The notes beneath the pieces are model-generated. The model had not been told where the DNA came from. It ran no database searches and saw only the letters and a program-made list of their open reading frames with translations. Shown in pieces: positions 50,979 through 60,028 of a stretch of DNA of 64,000 nucleotides (the first letter of the stretch is position 1; each line of letters opens with the position of its first letter). The position numbers and the translations under genes were made by a program. Where the stretch lies: contig OY759599.1 of the NCBI GenBank assembly GCA_963662465.1, positions 1,312,001-1,376,000 of the forward strand, read 5' to 3'. This DNA comes from Desulfatiglandales bacterium. Its GTDB lineage: Bacteria > Desulfobacterota > DSM-4660 > Desulfatiglandales > Desulfatiglandaceae.

Positions 50979-52127
50979 ATGAAATTCGAAGAATTCGAAT
51001 CAGGGTCGTATCGTCAGCAATATCAGTACAAGAGTTTTCTGCCGGAAAAGATCAACCATGAATGGACCTGGGATGATCCAAGGATCAACGTCCTGCTGGA
51101 GAAGGCAACAAGGGCACTGGGTGAACTGAACACCTTTACCCTGATCGTGCCTGACGTGGATCTCTTTATCCGCATGCATGTGATCAAGGAGGCGAATACA
51201 TCCAGCCGCATTGAAGGCACGCGAACCAGAATGGATGAGGTTTTGTTGGATGAAGCGGAGGTGATCCCCGAGCGTCGTGACGACTGGGGGGAAGTCCAAA
51301 ATTACATCCAGGCCATGAATGATGCCATTCAGGATCTGAAACAACTGCCCCTGTCCCTGCGCCTGCTTCGGAATGCCCATGCCGTTCTCATGTCCGGCGT
51401 GCGCGGTGAAAAGAAAACGCCGGGTGAATTCCGTCGAAGCCAGAACTGGATCGGGGGTGCATCTCTGTCCGACGCTGCCTACATTCCGCCCCATCATCAG
51501 GATATGCCGGAACTGCTTTCAGACATGGAAGCATTTTGGCACAACGAAAAGATTCAGGTGCCTCATCTCATCCGCATTGCCATCAGTCATTACCAGTTCG
51601 AAACCATCCACCCTTTCCTGGACGGCAACGGCCGGATCGGTCGTCTTCTCATCACCCTGTACCTGGTCAGTCACGGACTGTTGTCCAAACCATCATTGTA
51701 TCTCTCTGCACACCTGGAAAAGCAGCGGGGAGCCTATTACGATGCCCTCACCCGGGTTCGGGAATCAAAGGACATGGGCCACTGGTGCCGCTTTTTCCTG
51801 CAAGGGGTATCTGAAACCGCCGAGAATGGGAAACGAACATTTAAAAGTATTCTGAACCTTAGGGAGGATCTTGAAAGCCGGATTGTCACATTGGGGAGGC
51901 GCGCGGAAAACGGGCGCAGATTGATCTTACACCTTTATGAGCACCCCGCGGTGTCTGTTCATCAGGTGATGGCGCTTTTGGGTATTCAGTTCAATCCGGC
52001 CCGCAATCTGATTGCCGTGCTGGCGGATATGGGTATTCTGAAGGAAAATACCGGACAGCAGCGAAACAGAATATTCATCTTTGAACCGTACTTCAATATT
52101 TTTTCAGATAGCGAAAGTGAAATATAA
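50979..52127 (+). CDS. Fic family protein
   Basis: SSRIEG, canonical HPFLDGNGRIGR and C-terminal HTH. Confidence 0.92.
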   Translation: MKFEEFESGSYRQQYQYKSFLPEKINHEWTWDDPRINVLLEKATRALGELNTFTLIVPDVDLFIRMHVIKEANTSSRIEGTRTRMDEVLLDEAEVIPERRDDWGEVQNYIQAMNDAIQDLKQLPLSLRLLRNAHAVLMSGVRGEKKTPGEFRRSQNWIGGASLSDAAYIPPHHQDMPELLSDMEAFWHNEKIQVPHLIRIAISHYQFETIHPFLDGNGRIGRLLITLYLVSHGLLSKPSLYLSAHLEKQRGAYYDALTRVRESKDMGHWCRFFLQGVSETAENGKRTFKSILNLREDLESRIVTLGRRAENGRRLILHLYEHPAVSVHQVMALLGIQFNPARNLIAVLADMGILKENTGQQRNRIFIFEPYFNIFSDSESEI

Positions 52128-52659
52128 CAACTCTTATTTCACATTTAACCTTCTAAAGTGAAATAAGAAAATATCTAGGTCACTTTTTTCGCTTGAAAAT
52201 GAAATTATGGGCGCCAAACGGTCGAGCAACGCAAAGAAAAATGAGTCCAATCATGAAGCACGTATTGACCCTGATCGTGTGGGCGGCCGTCATAGAGACC
52301 TACTCCTCAGCCGGTTCATATCCCATGTGTTCCTGTTCGAAGATGTCCCTGCCAAAGACCGTAAGCCTAGGGCGTCTAAAAACGCCATTTTTGGGCCAAA
52401 TTCTTTGCCCGGTTTTTGGACCCAGGGAATATCGCTCATGACCGGGCAGGCACAGGGGCCTGCCCCTACGAGGACATCGTGGTCAAGGCCATTCCCGGTT
52501 TTACCGGTTATCGCGGTCTCCCGTAGGGGCAACCCCCTGTGGTTGCCCTGTTCGCTGTTATTCCCATTTTTACTATATCCTTCGAAAAGGAAACGGACAT
52601 TTATCGGACATATCGGACATATCGGACATTTTTCAGGCAAACGCCTGAAAGGCCCCTTA

Positions 52660-52803
52660 AAAACATCCCCACCGCCGAATACCAGTCGGTCATGCGGGAC
52701 GATGAAAAAGATCCCATTCGGGTGTCCTATGAACGCCGCAACCGGGACTTGGACCCGCAGCTCGTCTGGCGGGGTAAAGATGAACAGGACTGGTCAGATC
52801 TGG
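52660..52803 (+). pseudogene. Fragment resembling the N-terminus of a type III R-M Mod methyltransferase
   Basis: NIPTAEYQSVM..RNRDLDPQLVWRGKDEQDWSDL. Confidence 0.55.
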
Positions 52804-53869
52804 GTCGATCAGGGTGTAAATCACGACCGTTTGAGAATAGAAAGTATCCTCGTTCTTACGAACTTCACTCCCTCGTTCCCACGTTCTGCGTGGGAACGAG
52901 AGGAAGATCCGAATGTTTCGTACCTTCTCTAAATTTGCCATTTTTTCCAACAGCCCTGATTTACACCCGGTCGATCATGAGAGAGTGGACTTCAGACTGG
53001 AGTTCAGGAAAGTAATCGGGTTTTCCCTGGTCCTGGGTGAACAGGTTATCCATATATACATTTTTGCACGAGAAGATGGCCCGGGCTGAAATGCAGTGGA
53101 TTCGAGTATCGAGAGGTTTTCAAAAAGAAGACGAAATCGAAAGGTCTGGGAAAAATATCACCCAATAACCGCGGCCTGATAGCGCATAAATTCAGAATCA
53201 ATGGGGAAATAGCCAAAAAAAAGAACCCGAAAATCGGTCTTTGTTTTCGGTTTTTCTTGACTTAAAAAGTAGCTAGGTGTAGGCAACACTATAAGTATAT
53301 AAGAGACAGATTCCTTTTTTATTCAATGAAAAAAAGAGGAGCATGAATGGCATTCATTAACCAGAAACCCCGTTACTCCCGAACAGATGGAGATCGGGGT
53401 TTTGTATTTTGTACAATCCCCGCGTTCCCACGCTCCTGAGTGGGAGCGCCCTGGGGCGCTCCGCATCCGTATCGTTAGTAGCTTATTTTCTGACTTTCTA
53501 TATGGGTCGGGCTACGGCGCGGGAGCTGGTCAGGGCAACGAGGATGGTTCGGGGAAAGGAACCGGTGGTGGGTCCGGAAATAATAATGGTTCGAGCGGCT
53601 GGGGAAACCGGGGGGGGACAAGGGAACCGGTAGTGATATGCGGGTAAGGGACACTTCCCCGTTGTAACCCCGATTGTAGGTGTGCGGCTTCAGCCGCACA
53701 TTCAGCACCGTTTGCGGGGAGATACGGAATCAGAATACATTTTTTTAAGAAAGTTCAGGCGTTGTGACCGAATATGACAAAGCCGTATGGTAAATACTCT
53801 GAAAAACCAAATACCCGGTTTTAAACTGGTGGCATGGATGAATGTGAGAAATTCAGACGAGGAACCCGC

Positions 53870-54801
53870 ATGAAGAAGACAGGTAGCCATCGTTACAGCA
53901 TTTTCATCAGCAGCGTTCAGAAGGAGCTCACCCTGGAACGTCGGTCACTGAAAAACTATGTTTTCAACGACCCTTTGTTGAAAGTGTTCGTTTCAGAAGT
54001 GTTCCTGTTTGAAGAGCTGCCTGCCAGGGATCAAAAAGCGGACCAGGCCTATTTGGAGCAGGTCGATCAGTGTGATTTGTATGTGGGGCTTTTCGCTAAT
54101 GAATATGGACATGAAGATTCTGACGGTCTTTCACCGACAGAAAGGGAATTTGACCGCACCACTGAAATGGGCAAGACTCGAATGATCTTTGTAAAAGGTG
54201 GCAATGACGGAATCCGGCATCCCAAAATGGAACAGTTGATTCGTAAGGCCGCGTCCCAGCTCATTCGACGCAAGTTTAACACCGTCGCTGATCTGAACGC
54301 AGCGTTTTATGCCGCCATGGTCGACCATCTGAAACAAGCGGGCGATCTGCGAACCTTACCCTTTGACGCCAGTTCCTGCCCACGTGCAACCCTGTCGGAC
54401 CTCTCCCAGGAAAACATCAGAGGATTTCTCGCTACTGCATTGAACGCTGCATGGAAGTCGGTCTTCCCTCACCGGATTTCGAGGAAAGGGCCGGTATCTT
54501 TGTGTCCACGCTCTGGAGGGATTGGCTAACCGAGAAGTTTTTTGGAACACTCAATCTTAATGATCGACAGAGGAAAATCCTCAGCCTTTTGTTGCAGCAA
54601 CGTTATGTCACCAACGCCCAATACCAGGATCTCACAGGCGCCAGCCGGGCCACTGCGAAGCGAGACCTTGAGGGGTTGGTGAAGAAGGGGTTAATCATAC
54701 TGGAAGGTGCAGGCCGCGGAGCACGTTATCGAGTACCAAAGAAACGGCCCATAAATGGCTCAAACGGCTCAAACGCGAATGAAAAGGGAAATGGCTCATA
54801 A
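53870..54801 (+). pseudogene. DUF4062 protein with RecG-C/HTH tail, internally deleted
   Basis: IFISSVQKEL..ER and CDLYVG...YG....SPTEREF, then in another frame GLPSPDF..TAKRDLEGLV..G.GRGARY. Confidence 0.7.
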
Positions 54802-54982
54802 ATGGCTCAAACGGCTCAAACAACCTACATAAAAGGCATCTGGTTATCAGTCTACGAGTGACCCGCTAAAGGGGCCAAATACGGGCCAATCGTGCCATAA
54901 GAGGTGACAAAATGGAGACACAAGGGGACACACTCACCCCTGGTTCCCATGCTCTGCGTGGGAACCCCAGACGTGTGGAAAT

Positions 54983-55037
54983 GGGGACATCTATTAAAGG
55001 GTGGCATTTGATTCTGGATGCACTTATGGATGTCCCC
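54983..55037. repeat. 55-bp GGGGAC-ended inverted-repeat mini element
   Basis: GGGGACATCTATTA ... TTATGGATGTCCCC. Confidence 0.55.
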
Positions 55038-55140
55038 TGCTGCGCAAATTCACTGTCCCATGGGGACACCCGAAAATAGCCCGGCAATTCATTTCCGGGA
55101 TAATAACAGCCGGATGCCTGAGTCCCATCGGGACGGCAGA

Positions 55141-55248
55141 ATGCACCGGATGGGGATGTTGGGTGAACGCAACCTGAAACATGCACAACCGTTTAGGGAA
55201 TATGTCGGGTCTTTCCCTGAATGGCGGGAGGTTATGGGTGAGAACTGA
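55141..55248 (+). pseudogene. Remnant (fourth copy) of the Zn-ribbon/alpha-CTD/sigma4 gene
   Basis: RMGMLGE joined directly to LKHAQPF.EY..SFPEW.EVM. Confidence 0.7.
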
Positions 55249-55577
55249 CCTAACGCATTTGGCGGTTCCGGGGAGCATCCTTAGTAGCTTATCCCCTGAC
55301 TTTCTATAATGAAAAACAAGAAAATAACAAAAAAAATACAATGACCAAAATTCAAAAATCCAAACAAAAAATGCACACCCAGGGATCTCTGGAGCATTGG
55401 ATATTGGGATTTGGAATTTGGGATTTATTTGTAATTTGGTGCTTGGAATTTGGAATTTTAAAATAGTTTATTGGGTTGCGAGTATGGCCCGCGTTAGTAT
55501 TGTGCCGCACTTTTTCAGTGCCCGTGAACCAAGCGGGATTGAAAGACAACCACAACCCCAAAAAAAGGAGTCTAATC

Positions 55578-55973
55578 ATGAAGCACGTATTGACCCTGAT
55601 CGTATGCGCGACCGTTCTTGCCTGGGCGAACCCCTTAAGTGCCTGTCCGGGACCGGATATTGACGCTGGGTATTTTGCATCGGGTGCGGGAAGTCAGATG
55701 GCCGCTGATCTCCAGGATGCGGGCATCCATGACCTCCTGGCTCGCGGCGGCGGCGGGAGAGGTCAGGGAAAGGGAGGAGGAAGCGGTTCCGGGCAGTGTG
55801 ACGGGAGTGGTTCCGGCCAGGGAAAGGGCAAAGGGTATGGTGCCAAAGACGGGACCGGCACCGGGGAACGTCCCCAGGATGGCTCGGGTTACGGCGCGGG
55901 AGGGGGCAGAGGTTCCGGAAAACAAGACGGTTCGGGCGGTAAAGGGAAACGAGGCGGACAGTGGAATCAGTAA
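55578..55973 (+). CDS. Exported glycine-rich low-complexity protein
   Basis: RBS AAGGAG, signal peptide, G/S/K-rich tail with DGTG..RPQDGSGYG. Confidence 0.7.
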   Translation: MKHVLTLIVCATVLAWANPLSACPGPDIDAGYFASGAGSQMAADLQDAGIHDLLARGGGGRGQGKGGGSGSGQCDGSGSGQGKGKGYGAKDGTGTGERPQDGSGYGAGGGRGSGKQDGSGGKGKRGGQWNQ

Positions 55974-56424
55974 CCGTACCATCCCACTCCCCGGTTCCCA
56001 TACTCTGCCTGGGAACCGACGACAGGCGCTTCGCGGGTTGTAGGTGCGGCTTCAGCCGCACAGTTGAAGGTCTTTATAATTTGGGGAGTTGGGAGTGGGG
56101 AGTGGGGTCGGGCAAGTCAAATTATTGAAATCGAGGCTATATTGACATTTTTTTGGGGGGAAAACGCGCATTATAGGATTGGGCAAAGCATGAACTTTTT
56201 CTTATACAGCTCTTTTGGGGGTCAAAAAGAGCTGTATGCGGCCTGAAAAAGGTTGTTTTTGGTGATCTATTCGATAGAAAACAATATTTTGTCTTGACCC
56301 ACCCGGACTGCGACAGGAATGTACAGGGGGCATTCTGGGCAGACGGGAGCACAGAAAACGGCGCTTGGTGGCTTAGGGCCAGACCGACAAGGCAATTTTT
56401 CAGCCAAAACACAAAGGAAACCAG

Positions 56425-57009
56425 ATGAAAAACAATAAAAGACGTAAACCCATAGATGCCAACAAAATTGTGAATGGTGATCCACTATACAAGGTTCCTG
56501 GTGTTTCCGATCGTATCAGAGATGTAATGATAGATCTTGTCGATGATTCGTATTCACTGCTCCCGGGTGACGAAATAAACGTTCCATCGGCATCCGGAAG
56601 ACCAATACGTTGCATGAGCTTGCACTTGCATACGCCGCATCATATGTGCTTCGGGAAATTGTTCCAGAACCACAGATCGTTATGAAGATACGCGGCGACG
56701 CGGTTACTAATGAACGGATAACATGCATGGTACGCGGCGTGGATGCGAAAGACGGACAGGATAAGGAATTTTGGATCACGTGCGTGCCAACCAGACCAGT
56801 ATTTTGAAGAGGATGACACGACTCTCGCCTTCATCGCCCTTAAGGATATTCGACAGTTTTTCATCAACAGCGGCTACATACAGGTGTTGCGTGAAGCGAT
56901 TGAATTGGTAGAGGATACGATCTGGGCGAACATTGCGGCGGAAAGGAAGTCGAAAATCAAACTGCGAAAAAAAAGCACTAATACTCTTTATCGGTGCCAT
57001 CTGCTATAA
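56425..57009 (+). pseudogene. Hypothetical gene apparently split by two frameshifts
   Basis: Three overlapping + strand ORFs with protein-like segments in succession. Confidence 0.4.
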
Positions 57010-57098
57010 CACTGGATTCTCGGGGTTCTCTGGGCCATCGAAACCCACAGAATTCATTTAGAAAACGGTAATACGCAGTGAAATGACAATCATGGAGT

Positions 57099-59954
57099 TT
57101 GAAATTGGGAAGCCGGTCAAAAATAGATGAATTGCTTGCGGAGCTTATTAGCAGGTGGAGTTGTTGGGATATTTACGAAAATGTCTATTTGGATGAGGTG
57201 GCCCCGAAAATCGTTGAAGATCCCCGCTATGGCGATGAAAGGGAGATAGAACTGCATTTAGCCATCAGGAATGAACTTACTGATGCGGAATGGCGGGACC
57301 TACCGGGCCTCATCAGGGAGAAAAGAGCAGGATGCCTCAGGGAAACAGAGAAAGAACGTCTGATTCGGGAAGCAGAGGAGAAGGCCCGCGAAGAAAAGAA
57401 ACGCCGGTTGGCAGAGGAAGAAAAGGTTCGAAGAGAAAAGGCGCTTGCTGAAGCTGAACGAAAACGTCTGTTCAAAGCGTTGAAAAAGAAAATGGAGGAG
57501 GACTATCTCAGGGCAGATGTCTTTTTCACCTCCTGTTGCCGGCCGCTCATTTCAGTAGAAGAATACGAAAAGGAAAAAATTTCTTTTGTTCGCAATTGGG
57601 CAGAGGTCTATTCTGGAACACAGGTGGACTCTGAGCAGGCCTTGGCGATTGGAGCCGTAGATCGACATGTTCAGGTGGTGGCTCGCGCCGGCAGTGGCAA
57701 AACCACTACCATCGCCGTTAGAGCGGCGTTTATGATAAAGCATTGTGGCATCAATCCCAATGAAATGCTTTTATTGGCGTTTAACCGAAAAGCCGCCGAG
57801 GAAATGGCGGATCGGTTGTCAGGCATTTTGACTGGCATCTTACCTCATGTGATGACGTTTCATGCGTTGGCCTACGCCATTGTACATCCCGAGGAAAGTC
57901 TGCTGTATGATGAGCCGGAGGGTGCCCAGTCCAAAAGCCGAGCATTACAAACCCTGATCAACGATCATATGCGGGATCCGGATTATCGAGAACGCATCCG
58001 TAATGTTATGATGACCCATTTTCGATCAGATTGGGAACGTATCGTGGCAGGAGGCTTTGAACGAAGCAAGGAGGAATTCCTGTTGTATCGCCGCTCTCTT
58101 CCAAGAGAAACGCTGCAAGGACAATATGTCAAATCATTTGGAGAAAAGATCATTGCCGATTTCCTTTTTGAGCATGACGTTCCCTACAAGTATGAAAGGA
58201 ATTTCTGGTGGAGCGGCATCAATTATCGCCCCGATTTCACCCTTTTTAAAAGTTCAAATTCCGGTACTGTAATTGAATACTTCGGACTTTCAGGCGATCC
58301 GGACTATGATGAAATGTCTCAGGAAAAGGAAGGGTTTTGGAGTAGCAAGACCGGTTGGACGCTCTTGTCTTTCACTTCCCACAACATTAGGCAAAATGGG
58401 GAGGAAGCATTTCGAAAAACCCTAAAGGATTCTTTGGAAAAACTGGGTTTTGAGTGTGACCGACTCTCAGAAGATGAGATCTGGCACAGGGTCCGGGACC
58501 GTGCCATTGACCGCTTTACCACTGCCGTGGTCGGTTTTGTTCAGAGGTGCCGGAAGCTGTCTCTTGGGGGGCGGCAGTTGACCGATCTTGTGAGGAACTA
58601 CGTCACCACATCAGTTGTTGAGGCTGGGTTTCTGGATGTGGCGCTACCTTTATATGAGGCCTACCTGAATCGTATCGCTTCAACTGGTGAAGATGATTTC
58701 GATGGCCTCATGCAGCGAGCTTCCCAGGCTGTGTCCGGAGGGCACACCCGGTTTGAACGTCTTTCGGGTTCTGGGAATCTCAGGGAAATCAGGCATATCT
58801 GCATCGACGAGTATCAGGATTTTTCCGAACTGTTCCATCTATTGGTGGAAGCCATTCGAAAGCAAAATCCATCGGTTCTTTTTTTCTGTGTGGGTGATGA
58901 CTGGCAGGCAATCAATGGTTTTGCAGGCTCGGATTTACGCTTCTATGAAAATTTTCAGAAACAATTTAAGCCGTCGGACCGATTTCATATTTCAACCAAT
59001 TACCGCTCCTGTGCCGGTATTGTTGAAATTGGAAATGCATTGATGGATGGTAAGGGGACACCGGCAAGGGCCGCAAAACGTGAGCTGGGGGAAGTCCTTT
59101 TTGCCGATCTGAAAAATTTCAAGCCAACCAAAAGAGAAATAGAACGCCACTTCGGAGATAAGGTAACACCCGCCGTTCTCCGGTTGATCGGAAGCCTCCT
59201 GGAGGAAGGGCAAAAAGCCGTATTGCTGAGTCGAAAAAACAGTCTGCCTTACGATGTGAACTACAGGGAACAAACCGGTAAGCCCTCAAACCGGTTAGAG
59301 CGTTTTCTAGATGGCGTAAGGTCTTTCTTGCCGAAAGATTGGCGTGCCCAAATCAATGTTTCGACCGCCCACAAATTCAAAGGGCTACAAGAATCAACTG
59401 TGATCATCTTAGATGCCGTAGATCGAAGCTACCCATTGATCCATCCGGACTGGGTATTTACGCGTGTACTGGGAGATTGTGTGGAAGACATTATCGATGA
59501 AGAAAAACGACTTTTTTATGTGTCCCTCACCCGTGCGGTGAATAGACTTATCATCTTGTCTGAAGCGGGAAATTTTTCTCCATTTTTAGAAACGTTGTTT
59601 GAAAAAATGAAGATCCCTGTCGTGAAATGGGAACAGTACCCTCCCTTAAAAGAACAACAATTACGGGTTACCGTAAAGGTTGGAAACCAGGAAGGCACCG
59701 GGGTCGGACCGACCTTAAAGATCAAAGACCAACTCAAAGCAGAAGGTTATCAGTGGACTTCAACGGAATGGAAATCGTGGTGCAGAACCTGTCAGACCGA
59801 AGGCTTTTCCATCAAAAACTTATGCGAATCATCCGTTTGGATTCAAGAAGCAGATGGTGTAGAAGTCCGTGTATATGATGATTACAATTGCCTAATGGAA
59901 CGCTGTTTTGTTGATAGGGGCAAATTCCGTTCCGGCATGGACAAACCTAAATAA
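57099..59954 (+). CDS. UvrD/helicase IV-like SF1 helicase with internal PD-(D/E)xK-like domain
   Basis: ARAGSGKT, TFHALA, IDEYQD, VGDDWQAI, NYRS, KGLQ and YVSLTRA; insert KSFGEKIIADFL..YKYE..RPDF..IEYFG. Confidence 0.88.
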   Translation: MKLGSRSKIDELLAELISRWSCWDIYENVYLDEVAPKIVEDPRYGDEREIELHLAIRNELTDAEWRDLPGLIREKRAGCLRETEKERLIREAEEKAREEKKRRLAEEEKVRREKALAEAERKRLFKALKKKMEEDYLRADVFFTSCCRPLISVEEYEKEKISFVRNWAEVYSGTQVDSEQALAIGAVDRHVQVVARAGSGKTTTIAVRAAFMIKHCGINPNEMLLLAFNRKAAEEMADRLSGILTGILPHVMTFHALAYAIVHPEESLLYDEPEGAQSKSRALQTLINDHMRDPDYRERIRNVMMTHFRSDWERIVAGGFERSKEEFLLYRRSLPRETLQGQYVKSFGEKIIADFLFEHDVPYKYERNFWWSGINYRPDFTLFKSSNSGTVIEYFGLSGDPDYDEMSQEKEGFWSSKTGWTLLSFTSHNIRQNGEEAFRKTLKDSLEKLGFECDRLSEDEIWHRVRDRAIDRFTTAVVGFVQRCRKLSLGGRQLTDLVRNYVTTSVVEAGFLDVALPLYEAYLNRIASTGEDDFDGLMQRASQAVSGGHTRFERLSGSGNLREIRHICIDEYQDFSELFHLLVEAIRKQNPSVLFFCVGDDWQAINGFAGSDLRFYENFQKQFKPSDRFHISTNYRSCAGIVEIGNALMDGKGTPARAAKRELGEVLFADLKNFKPTKREIERHFGDKVTPAVLRLIGSLLEEGQKAVLLSRKNSLPYDVNYREQTGKPSNRLERFLDGVRSFLPKDWRAQINVSTAHKFKGLQESTVIILDAVDRSYPLIHPDWVFTRVLGDCVEDIIDEEKRLFYVSLTRAVNRLIILSEAGNFSPFLETLFEKMKIPVVKWEQYPPLKEQQLRVTVKVGNQEGTGVGPTLKIKDQLKAEGYQWTSTEWKSWCRTCQTEGFSIKNLCESSVWIQEADGVEVRVYDDYNCLMERCFVDRGKFRSGMDKPK

Positions 59955-60028
59955 GATAAGCTATAACCAATCATATGAATTTTTGACCCTATTAAATCAT
60001 ACTCGTTTATTTTTTGGGAGTAACCATC

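Noticed and set aside
22425..56062. Palindromic repeats as a CRISPR array or attC cassette array
   Set aside because: Spacing is irregular (kb scale); no cas genes, no integrase and no RYYYAAC/GTTRRRY-bounded sites were recognised.
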